64,000 nucleotides of DNA, from assembly GCF_000143415.4 (NCBI RefSeq), contig NW_003314312.1:377261-441260 (forward strand). The letters run 5' to 3'. The position numbers and the translations under genes were made by a program. The stretch's first letter is position 1. Every line of letters starts with the position of its first letter. The notes under the pieces are model-generated. The model saw only the letters and a program-made list of their open reading frames with translations. It was not told the DNA's origin and did not search any database. Shown in pieces: positions 38,301 through 50,700 of this stretch. Origin of the DNA: Selaginella moellendorffii. Lineage: Eukaryota > Plantae > Lycopodiophyta.

Positions 38301-41300
38301 CTTTTCTTAGCCACTAGTCTTTTGCTCCTATCCTTGATTGTTGCACCTAGCAACATAGGATCGCTACCTCCATTCTCGAGGTATCTTTTTGGTTCCATAG
38401 CAAACACTTTGCTTTGCCAAGCCCAGAGGGTGTTCACCCCTAGTACGTCTCTTTAACATTTTCTATTGTGGGCTTTATCCACGGCCCAACTTTGAGACCC
38501 TCCCATAGATCTTTTATAGAGACTACTTTCTTCGGACTTCCTATGCCATCGCATTGACATAGTTCATTTTCCTTAAGTGTTCTTCCCACTTGGTCACCTT
38601 GACCAAACCACACTATCATCCATAATTCCAATCAACACTTTAAACTTGGAACTTTATCCCTTAACCTCACAAGGACCTTGTCCTTATTTTAGCCATAAGA
38701 TCACCTAGTGATCTAACCTTGGCACTTTAACAGGTTTGCTAATAGGTACTAGGTCTTCCAGACCTTTAAGTTGTTCACCGGGCATCCCCCACACTTGGCG
38801 GTGCACCCAAGCCAGCCCTTCCGGCCAAGGGTCCATAGCAACTAAGACTGGGTGTCCCCATCTCATTCACCACGTCCTTGGTGCCCTTTGCACCAAAGTG
38901 TTCAAGTTATATATGTTGAGCCACACTAAAAAATCTAACCGTGTATCATGACTCCAGGGCATCCCCCGCTTAGTGGTGTGCCCAAGCTAGTCTCCTTACT
39001 AAGAGTCCATGACCACCGAAAAATGAGTGTCCTCATATTCCAAACCATCACCGCGCCCTAGTGAGTTGGGACTTGAACCTAAGCACTAGAGGGTCGGGAC
39101 TCGAACCCAACCTCTATATATGCATGTACGGACGGCATCGCATTGGATGCCTGTCGTGACTCCCCACGCCGATGCACTAACATTTACTTAAAGTGCGCTA
39201 TAGATCACAGCTTAGGAACCTAGTTCCATTGCACTGCCTAGTCCTTTCACTCGACAAGTCTGTGATCATGCATAGACTCCTCCATGCTTGGCCCCATGAG
39301 CCACTCTTTTGAAGTTGGCTCCTTCAACTAGGATATTCGTTCCCCCGACTTGCCAATCTCACTTAGCAAGTCATCCGACCACCGTAGCATGGTTCATACA
39401 TAAGCGTGAAAGTCCTTAACCATCAACTTTCGTTCAAAGCCCTCTCTTTGAACACTTGGGAATTACTTCCCTAACTTTGATAGCCTTGCCTCTTGGCAAG
39501 CTTCAAGACCACGCTTCTGCTACACCACTCTGATTTCGCGTGCTCCATAAACCATTTACACTTGGATTTCTACGTACTTATCTATCTAGTTTAACGTGGA
39601 CAATCCCATATTTTTGACTCTCCATGGCATCCCGGTCGCTAGTAACAACATGCTTGAGTGCTCACTTGATTCTTCACTCCCAACTTGCATAACCACCCTT
39701 GGTTATGCCTGTCAATTCCTATGATTTAGTTATATCCTTTCACTACTTGTCTTTTTGCTTTATACCTTTCCTTCAGTTATTCTCCTTCAGACTAGAAAGG
39801 TAACTTTGCACTTTCTACCATGCTTTGGCAAGTATCCATAGGGATGAACCTACTCGATAGCCTAAGGAGTGGTTCCTCAATTCGGGTTTGCTCACCTTGT
39901 AATCCCATACACTGGGATTACTGTTGCTATTTAGGGGCATTTATATGTCCATCACTAACTTTGCCAAAATTATTTTTGGCTTTGTCCAATTTGGGTCGAC
40001 AGACTTCTCCTGTCTCCGCAACCTTGGACATTTGGATAGGACCTCCTATCCATCATTTGCTAGGGACTTTGTCCCTTGGGCATTATCTATTGCCCTCATA
40101 ACACCAAACACCTCCTCTTGGTGTTCTAGAGTGTTTGGGTGTCCTAATGATGGCCTCTCTGACAATGAGCATTCTTTTTTTCAACATTGACTTACTATAT
40201 TGCAACATAAGCAATTTATCCCCCATAAGGGTATATCTAACCTCTTTATCCCAATAAGAAGTCTTAAGTAGTTGCCTTCTACCAGTTTAATGAATTATTT
40301 TGCACCTTTTGCTTAGTTGTCTTATAGTTGTCAAGTCTTACAACTCATTGCTGGTGCTTCCACACCTCCATCATTACCTGGGTCACCACACTCTAACCGC
40401 ATGCCTTCCAGCTTAGGCTATGCCATTCTCATTTCCATTGGGATTCCTTTGGAAGGGGTTCTCATAAACCCACCAACTTGACCTCAAGGCAGCATGCCTT
40501 GGCACATTCGGTGTTTCCACACCATTGGCTTCACGAGTCTACCTCTATGACACTTTTTACTTCTGTCTAGGTCCTTGCCAAGACTAATACGGTTGTCTCT
40601 TATGCCAATTATCCATTAGCACTGCACCATAGAGATTACGCATAACTTTGTCTCAAAGTTGTGTTCTTCCGGGAAACTCTTTCCCACGACTTTAGCATGG
40701 CACATTTTGCCACAATGAGATACCCACGGTTCTCATGCTTGGATCTTAAGATCCTCCCCATCCTTCGTGGGGCATAGTACACCTCAGTCTAAATGCTTTT
40801 TTCCCAATCTCTTAGGGTCATTCCTTGACTCTATTCGCATTTTTGGACTTCACTAATTTGACGACCTATAAAGTCTCATTTTTGAGGTGCCAACTCGTTA
40901 GAATACAACTTCTTGTATTCATGTCCTACCCATAAGGACCATCTTTGCAAGTGTTACTTTAACACTTTATTATTTTCAGTTCTCTGTGGGCTACCTTTGC
41001 CCCTTAGGACTATCCGTCCATATGATGAGAATACCGACTCATCCTTTGAGCACACCCCAATTCCTTAGGTTTGTTTCAGCATTTATAAAAGGTAGCCCCG
41101 GCTACCATTTCAAGGACTCGTGTCTTTATCCGTACTTGACCCCTCACAGTCGTCAATCTCGATCTCACATTCATGAGCACCAGCCTCAACTATGTAAGGA
41201 TAATCTTGTGACTCCTTTATTGTTTTGGAGTCTCTATCTTCCCCGTGATCCCAACTATAGTTGGTTACCACAACTACCTTAGTTAGTTTGCTAAGCCAAA

Positions 41301-41560
41301 TGCTCATCCAGATCACATCCTCAACTCTCTGAGGGAAATCTATACTATTCCCAAGATCCCAAAGTTGTTCCCTTACTGGCCCTTTTCCATCCACCACATT
41401 GTGCACAAGTTCATGTATGAATTTGAGTGGAGAGCCATGTCCTCTCGACGTGCTACTCCTTGCGGATAAGTCCATACCTAGGACCTTCAAATTCCAATAC
41501 AAGTGGTGATATACTTGGCCACCAATAAGAGTCAGATTAAGGAACAACTCTGATACCAAG
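35371..41560 (-). mobile_element. Degenerate, ORF-less LTR-retrotransposon internal sequence
   Basis: PPT at the left end; tRNA-Met PBS (reverse complement of TGGTATCAGAG, ~41549-41559) at the right end; no long ORFs. Confidence 0.6.
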
Positions 41561-44500
41561 TTGTAAGCGACTAAATTTTTCCATTCTATTTTAGTCACTT
41601 AACCATACCTCCAACCACTTGGAGGAGTCTCATTCACAACCTCTATAAATCCAATTCCGGACTTGGGGCTTGCTCGCCCCGAGAATGGCATCCATGCCAC
41701 TCAACCTTTGCACTTGGTCCAAGTGCTCCACGTGTCCGATCCCATGACTGACACTCCAAGGTACCACCGATATATCAGCCCATTATGCTAATGCCATGCC
41801 CCTTCACCTTGGTCACACTAGTGGTCTAACACCACCTGCATCACAGTTCTGTCTCTCAAAGACTGGCTCATCCATCCATGAGTGATCGTCCCAAATCCAC
41901 TCCTTAGCATCCTTAGGATGCCCACAGACTTGGGGAATATTACCTTCCCTATTATCTCCTTTCCGGTCCTCACCAAGTCCCTTTCTGTGCATGGCCAGGC
42001 TCGTCAACACTGCCACTGGATCAAGGCCCACTGGCCCGACCATTAAGTCCCACGGTCCTCTGGGACTTCCTCACCATGTGACTGTGTCCTTGGTCACCAC
42101 AGCAGAGGGCTACTCCTCTTCTTTTCCACAGTCTGGGACTTTGGGACAACATTTCGGAACACCGTGGCCCTACGTGGGCCTCATGGGTACTCTCCCCGCC
42201 TTCTGCCTTTGGGTGCTCTAGCCATGGGCTTAGAACGAGGTTCCATTGAGCCATGCCTAGTATCCAAGTAGGTAGTGCCACCCACACTTGTATTGGGAGC
42301 ATTGACCATTCGATCTCTCGGGGGAACTAAAGCCGACTCTTGAACACTTCACCAAGCTACCCCGCTTGTCGATCCATATTCACTCTAGTCTTGGACTTCC
42401 CAGTGGTCAGCTCATCACCTAACACTAGGTATGGCCTTCTTGGGCCAAATTGGCCTTTCCTGGCCAAACTGGCTCCACTGAGCTCCAACCCCCACACTCT
42501 CCTTACTATAATTTTGGAACCCCCTGCAGCCCCCCCCCCCCCCTAGGGGACGATCGCTTTGGGCTTTCACCCAATTGCCTGTAGTAGTATTCGGACTCGG
42601 ACTCGGACACGGTCTCGGTCTCAGTCTCGGTCCTGGTTCCATCTCAGACTCCATCTCAGGTCCATCTCGGACTCCATCTCGGACTCCATCTCGGGTCCAT
42701 CTCGGGTCCATCTTGGACTCCATCTTGAGTCCATCTTGGGTCCATCTCGGACACCGTCTCGGGTCCACCTTGGACTCCATCTCGGACTCCATCTCGGACT
42801 CCGTCTCGGGTCCATCTTGGACTCCGTCTCAGATCCATCTCGGGTCCACCTCGGACACTTCCATGTGTCATGTTTTGGTCCTCTTGTGTCCTTTTTCTAG
42901 AGGCTCACTCATTGCTCGCTTCGTGCTTGTTCCTCGAGCACTTCGTTGGGAGTTCCACTCCCGCTCTTGACCTTTCAAGTCGGAGTTTTTAGTCCAAACG
43001 TGTTACGCTCGTTTGGTTTTCGTTTCAGCCACTAAAGCTCTATTTTGTTAAAGTGGGATTTATTCAGTAAAATGGGACTAGGTACAAATTTTCAAGTATT
43101 TGAAAATGACGTGAAATTATATGTTTTTTGTCCAGGGGCTAGACATATCTGGGGCATGGTGACTAGCGCAGTGACTTTGTGTCTAGACTGAGTCCATCTG
43201 GTTGTATAATAAATCTCATTGTCAAGGTGAACAAGCCGAATCTGAAGCTAAAGAAGAGCGATGGCATGCGCGCACACACTATTTGTTTGTTCATTGAGCG
43301 TGTGGTGAGCTTTCCAAGATGAACATCATTCCTATTAGCCAGACATATAACTTAATGGTGAGAACATTTAGATATTATTCAATGTTATCTTTTTCTAACG
43401 AATCTAATTGTGAAGGTGTAGCAAGAGGCATTGCTAGTCTGGAGAAGTCATTTAACTCATTTGACCCTTAGTGTATTTTCATGAAACTAAATAACATTCA
43501 TATTATTAAGGAATTTCTCTAGTACCTTTTTTTTACGACATAGAGGCTTGCATTTCTTTCAAAGGTGATTTAGTAAAAGGCCTGAGGGCACATGCCATTC
43601 TATTTCTCAGACCGGTATTAAGATATACTAGTGCAAAGGGAAAAAGGTATTTGGTGATCAAGTAAATGGCATGAGGGCACATGCCATTATAAGCCTAAGC
43701 GCTAGTGGACACCTCCTTTTTGGTACTCTCAGCGGTACTATCATCCTTCTCCGGGTCAGTTGTTTTGCTTTGGATTGTTGTCTCTGACGTTACTGGGGCG
43801 TTCTTGATAGTTGTTAATGTTGCCGTTTGTTCAGAAAAATGATCACCTGGAGTATAGTACGGGGAGTTTGGAAGACTTATTATTCTACATCTTCACCTAT
43901 CTCCTTCTCCGTCTCCTTTTCTGCCTCACTTACAGATTTTGTGCTTGCCATGAGAACGCTCTTCACCCTAAAATATGGAGTTCGTTGTGTTATAAAAGGA
44001 AACCAACACACACGCTGCAAGGGAATGATGGTACATAAAGCACGTAAGCCCACAATATGGGTTTATGTGCTATTAATATGGGCCATACGCCATATTATTA
44101 AATTTATGCACGTGTGATTGGTAAATGCATATGTCACATCATCTTTGTTTTACCTCACACACTATATCAGGCCTAATGAACCATATCACATGTGCGCACA
44201 TGCTATATATATGGAGAAGTATTATGCAAGGATAGAAAAATTCAATGCATGATTGTGGAGAGCAATGGCATGAAGCCACATGCTAAATAACATTTTAGAG
44301 AAAGAATTAAAATAGAAACATACAAACAGTACTGAGTGGACCAAGACTTAGAAGTGCACAATTGAATGAGGTATTTCTAATAAATATTTCACTCACCTCA
44401 TATAGGAATGGCTACCACTCTCAAATGGCGTATCGCCTCATGCCATCACCTCGTAATTTGTTATAACAATCCGATAAATTCATATTCGGCTTGTTCACCT

Positions 44501-44644
44501 TGAACTTTAAGTAAGATTTGCTAGAACAACTAAGAATTTATACTTGTTATTTGTATCATCTCACCTAGGAATGGCGTAAGGCCACATGCCATCACGCCTC
44601 CTCTGATTCAGATTAAAATACATTAGAAACTTAGTAAAGGAATA

Positions 44645-47398
44645 TTAATGAATCTCACCTTGAACCCGGGTTATGAATGCTCTTGCTGCATCTCTTGCAT
44701 GGTCTGGCAAGGTGATGGTGGCACTCTGCTTCCGCATCCAACCATGCACAACATTATCCACCGATATGCTCATGCTGGGATCCCTTGGATTCAGCACCCA
44801 TCTCTTTTCTAGGCAACCCTTCATATATCCGGAACTTGGCTTGAACCACTCCACAGTTACATTGAAGGAGTTAGTTTCCGCGTCCTCCTCTGCATCAGTG
44901 ATGCAGCGCCCCACCCATATTATTTGTTTTTTATTACTGGGTCTGACAAGCACGACCATTCCTTTGCAGACCTATACTGGATTGAATGCTGAATCCGGCT
45001 TCTTGTTCCTCGGCCCGCAATAGTGATCCTCAACATCGTTATCTGTCACTGCATTTCCAGAGGACATTGTTCCGCTACTATCTGGTGCTCTGGGTTCTGG
45101 CCAAAAGGACTCTTCCAATTCTTCATATACAACCGGCCCATTTTGGATAGCAGATATAATCTTCTCCCAGTATTCGAGCAAAGGCTTGCACCTCTGAAAA
45201 TAGGATTCTCCACCAAACACCAACCCCCTCTTCCAGAAGGCAATATGCTATCTAATCCCGGCCACTATACTTTCCTGGTCTTTGAGTCCATCCGGGTGCA
45301 TCGGCCGTGGGGAACCCTGAGGAATCATAGGTTCCCCAGTTATGGGATCTCTCTTGAAGAGTTCAATGCCGTCCACTGGCAGCCACACTGTGTCCCATTC
45401 TCTCATCTTGTACCTCATCACTAGAGCACCATCACGCATGCTGAAATGAAACTGAAAAGGCTTGGAGTGGCCAATCAGCGTTTCGGATCCATCCCTGATG
45501 TAGCCTCTTACAAACCCCTTAAAGTCTGGAACCTCTGTCACAAGTGCAACTTCAACAGTGCCTTTGATGCAATTTTGGAATTCATCGTAGAGTTGTGGGA
45601 GGGTGAGGACATTGGATCGCCGGAGGGACTCTACCAAGTGACTGAACATGGCATCGACGTCTTCATGAGTGTGCCCAACCATGAGAAAGCCAAGTGTAAC
45701 CGTTTCAAATATGCCTTTGGCAACAAGCATCGCCAAGTACGCGAAGATGTACATGTTTTTGTTCTCACTGCCAACATTGTTTGTTTGGAGCAGAAGATGG
45801 GGTGGAAGGCCACATCGGCCGCAAGAACTTCCTTGAGATTCTGCTTTGTTTGGATGAGGCTGTGCATTCACCGGGCGACCAGCCTCGTCGAAATGGCATG
45901 AGGCCTCACGTGATAACCCTACAATCTGATGGCTAACATATTCACTGGGATGGCATGGGGCCCCACGCGATACTGCAAGCCTTTACTCCTCCTCCAGCTG
46001 AACCCTGTATGGGGTTCAATCGACAAGGGCCTTATGCAAGGGTTGGCCGTTCAGCTCAGTCTGCGCACTTTGCAGAGACCTGAAGTGTTTTGCTAGGGAC
46101 GCAATCATCATGTTTGCACCCCCGCCACCCCATAGAGGTACAAAGAAGTTCCCATAGTTCTGGGCACCATGCCCATGAGCGATTATGCCAAACAGAGACA
46201 CAGACAGCTGCATGGATGAAGAGATTGCCTTGGGGGCAGGATTGAGTCGAGGTAAGCACGTCTTTTTCTGGTCCATTTTGTCGTGGATGATGCAGAGGTA
46301 AGAGTTAGGTCTCTCCATGGAGAGAATCCTGTTATGATAATATGCAGTCTTGCAGCTTCTCTGCTCGATGTTGTGGTCGAGCCGCCTTCTAACCAACGTC
46401 TCTCGCTCTTGAGTGATGCAAGAATTCTTCGACAAAGCCATTTTGATAGCAGTGCACTCGTCACACTTTGAAAAGCTAGAGTACTTTCTTATACTCACAT
46501 CCCTGAACCTGTTGCTCCATAATCTACTAAATCTAGATTGGCTCAGCTTCCTGTAGCCATTACTCTGGAGTTCCCGATTCACATCTTCCAATATGGCCCC
46601 CTTGGTATACATGGAAGGGAGAACTTGTTGGGTGTCTCGTGTTCCATCTTCCAAGAGGCGGGTTTTATGTGGTTGCTGCTCGCTACATGTCTCGACAAAC
46701 CTCTTGAAGATTGCCTCTCCATATACAACATGACCCCTGGTTTTGTGCGTACCGTTGTTCCCATGGACTGCCTGTTGAACCCTTTGTTCCTCGAACTCAA
46801 TTTTGATTCTATAGAATGTGGTTCGAGGGACTCCATAAATGATTCTCCATGCCTTCATGCAAACCAAACCCCTCTGGAAGACCATGCCCCCCACCTGATG
46901 TTCTGAAGCATCAACAGATGACCGTAATGCCTCATACACAAAATTGCGAGCTGCCTTCTAGGACAATGTTTTGTATCTTGCTCTCTCCTCTTCAATAGCA
47001 TCCCAATCAGCATGTTGACAGCACCTCCTCTTGCAACAAGCAACTGTCGAGACCATTCGAACCTCCATCGCCATTTTCTGCCTTTTCGGTTCGTTGCTCA
47101 GATCCCTTTGGCTGCGCTTTAGGAAGGTGTACTTTCTTTTCCTATGAAGAGATGTTCTGTCATCAGTTGTAGTGGTGTTTGATTGTGAATCCTTCACATT
47201 CTCAAATACTAAGTGCCTCAATTTCCACCGCACAATGCTTCCAATAGTCAGACTGTTTTCTTCTGTGTCAACAACCTCTAAAATCGCAACTCCAATATCA
47301 TCCCAGCCCAATTCTTGATTAGCAACCACATCTCTTGGATCGACAACTGTGGCTAAGCCCTCAGCTACCACCTCCCCCTCGGGGTTGTTTAGAAACAC
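44645..47398 (-). pseudogene. DDD/E transposase (Sola/DUF7869-like) with Tnp1/En-Spm-like N-terminal and SH3/BAH-like C-terminal segments; in-frame stops
   Basis: EVVAEG..DP..LGWDDIGVAI..IVRW; FSKCDEC; IIHDKMDQKKT; LQTNN..ENKN; FLMVGHTHEDVDAMFS; VVLVRP..WVGR..VTVEWFKP; ORF pieces separated by single TAG/TGA codons and a probable intron near 45880-45990. Confidence 0.8.
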
Positions 47399-47755
47399 CT
47401 TTGCCTGAATCTATGTAGCATGGTTCTTAAGATCCACAGAGGGAACATGTGTCGCACTTGCGAAGGCCATTCTGGAGGCCCCCACATTCGCCAGTGAGTC
47501 CGGCCTCGATTGTCACACCTCCATTCGGCTTCAAATGGTAAGTCTTTTAGGCCAAGTAGAAAATGGCATGAGGCCACATGCCATTCAGTAGCAACATTGG
47601 CATGCACCGATTGGGCTCTCGAGTGCAGTCCGGTTACAGATGGCGTGTAGTCTCACGCCATCTTAGGATGCAGCCTCAAGACATCTGATGCAGTGGTGAA
47701 TGGCGTGTGGCCTCATGTTATTTCCAGTTGCTAGCTTTTCATCTGTCAGCTCTAA

Positions 47756-50700
47756 TTGTTGTGCATTTCTGAACAGGCGAGGAATTGCGTTCTTCTTCCA
47801 GCCACTGTCAATGTGGATGCAGAGAAGGGGGAGGAGCTCACCAGTTGGACTTTCGGGATGGAAGGCGAGGATCTGAGGCTGTACAACACAGATGGTGGGA
47901 GAAAAGAATGCATGGGGATCCTCATCCAAGTGACAGACACTCCATGCAGTTCCATGCAAGAATATGGACTGGCACTTGTGGTAGAGACAGCGTCCACCTT
48001 CAAGATCTACCTTGCACATCCTAGCGGCTTCCCGGAGGGGGGCAGCGGCTATGAGGAATTCCTAGAGGGAGCTAGGGAGAGGTTGTCCAGGAGGCCCACA
48101 ATTTCAAAGACGCTGCGGGTCTATGAAGATCACATGGAATCCATGGACCTCACCTACGGCGATGTTCAAAAACTATATTCCAACATTGAGCCGTTGAGAG
48201 TGCCTCCAGTTCGCGAAGCGAAGGGGAAGGGGGTCGATCTGGAAACTACCCCGAAGCAGAAAAGGGTGGTCAAGCTCAAGCCGACGTCCGACTCTCCTGC
48301 TCCAAAAAAGAAGCTACTTGGTGATGCCATTGCCTCGGGTTCGAACACTACACCCACCAAAAAGAAGAGCCGCAAAGAGCAGAAAGAGCAAGAAGAGGCA
48401 GCAAAAATCGTCGCAGATAATAGTACTTGTTACTATTCCAACAAAGTATATACAATCGACGTGAGTCGTATCGACATCCAAAGCAAATACAACCACAGGC
48501 TAGTATCTGATGAGTGGGTGGAGAAACTGAAGCAGAAGATGCTGGCAAGTCCAGTAACACCCGACATCGCAGACGTGATCCCCTACTACCGAACAATGAA
48601 GGGCAAGACGAGGTTTCCAGACTTGATCAATAGGAAGGTGTTGGACGATCAGAACATCCGGTTCTATGCCGTCTCCGGGCAGCATTCTAGCTTGGCGATG
48701 CAAGAGATAGTTGTGGATATTATGGTGGGCGAGGAGGTGAAGAAAGTCTTCAAGACAAGAGTTGTCCGCCTGATAAAAGGCAACTCGCCCCTCCGATCTA
48801 TCATATACATCTCCCACGCGCAGAATGTCAAGCAAGAAACGTGCTACAAATCGGGTCTGCACGAGACATTGGCACGAACACGGAAGCTCTGGGTTCAACT
48901 GAAGAAGCCACAAAAACCAGGACAAGGACGTGCACTAGCAACTAGCGCCTGGCAGGTAAGCCTCGTTGCATGTGGCATAGCATGTGGCCTCACGCCATTT
49001 CCATTGCAGGAATTCTCGAGTCTTCTCTCGAAAACACTGGGGGTCAATGACACACTCAGCATCCATAACATTCTACTCGCGACAAAAGTTGTTTTTGACA
49101 AATGGGTAGATGTGCTGAGGAGGTACCATGACGGGGAGTTGCCAAACTCAATGGGTGTGGAGGACGGTCGGAAGCCCAATGATTTGAAGCTCAACGCCTT
49201 GCATTTCTCGCGGTCTCTAGACGACGACGACCTTCTGACAGTGGCTAATGCTCTTCTACGTGGTGAGGTAGTCTTCAACAAGACCAAAATGACTCCCGGC
49301 CATATTGTGACATACGAGGACTTGTGCACGACTCTGAGAGCTCGTGCGCTATTGAAGGATTGGATCTTCGAGCAAGTGGCCGTGGAGAGGGTGAGCATCG
49401 ACACCATACAAGAGATGATGGAAGAGCTGGAGTTGTCAAATGAAGACATCGACGAGTATGTGAAGGGGGCCCCCAAGTTCATCGATCTATTGCGGGATGC
49501 CACGAAAAGTAAAGCTGAGAAGTTGGATCAGTATCCAAATTTCATTAAGAGGGATGTCGACCGCCGGCTTCAGAAACAGCTCGACCCCGCAGCAGAGGCC
49601 TATCGAGAACCTTACCGGGTATACGTGAATTCGGATGAGGATCAAAGGTGGAGGAGCATCGTTTCCCGCGGAGATGAGTAGGTCAAGAACATCTTTTGTG
49701 TGATGGACTTCACAAACAAGGAGATCACTCATGCAGACGAAGTCAGCTCCATCATTGACTTAATGGTGGGACTTGCGGAGGTGGAACTTCAGTCCACTAT
49801 ATGATCTACGACTCCGAATCCTATCACAAGTTTTGGAAGGCCTTGAACGAGGTGAAGGCTCGGTTGAAAGGCAAGGAGATGCAGGAGATCCATGGGATAA
49901 TGGCTAAGAAGAAGATACCGACGAATGTCCGCATCTTCACACTCACCCTTGTTATTGGTCCTGCAGCAGAGTGGGACTGGAGTGACTTCCCAGCTTCGTT
50001 CGACAAGGCTGATCAAATTGATCTGAGGGAGGGCAATTTACCCGTGCTTGAGGAACTGAAGACGGCTATGGAGCTTTCGAATCCAGAGAAAGCTCCAGGT
50101 GCAGCATGGGAAATGCTCAGCTGGGTCTTCAACGCAATAGCGGGTGGGTCACCTGCTTCCGACTCCAAGGGCAAATGCGTTGTCGAGTACAACTGCGGCG
50201 GACTATTCTTTCGAGCCGCACTACTCAAGGGTGTCCCGTGTGTTGCAGTGACAAACTCCATTGAAGAGGTGACTTCAATGGAGCATATAATTACAGTTGC
50301 CAAAGAAAAACAGTATCTTCTCTGCGAACCTGGTGAGTACACACTTTAAGTTTAAATGTTATCTCACAAGCTCTATATGCAGGAGCGTGGCCACCCCCAG
50401 ATGCTGAAACGGTGTTAATAGCTATTGTTGAAGATACCCATGTTGGGCCGAGCTCACAACCTGCACAAGGTAAGGTCACGTGAGGCCTCACGCCATTTTG
50501 ATTATAGATCGTTGTGAATATTCAGACACGAGGACTGAAAAGCGCACTGGTGGCGCGTCGAAGAAGGACAAACAGACAAGCAATAGGAAAAAAGGAGGTA
50601 CAAATTATATTTGCAATGGCGTGTGGTCTCATGCCATTCCTTGCAAGAGACACTTCTTCAAAGGCAAAATAGGCAAGCACTAGCCAAGCTCAAACTGACA

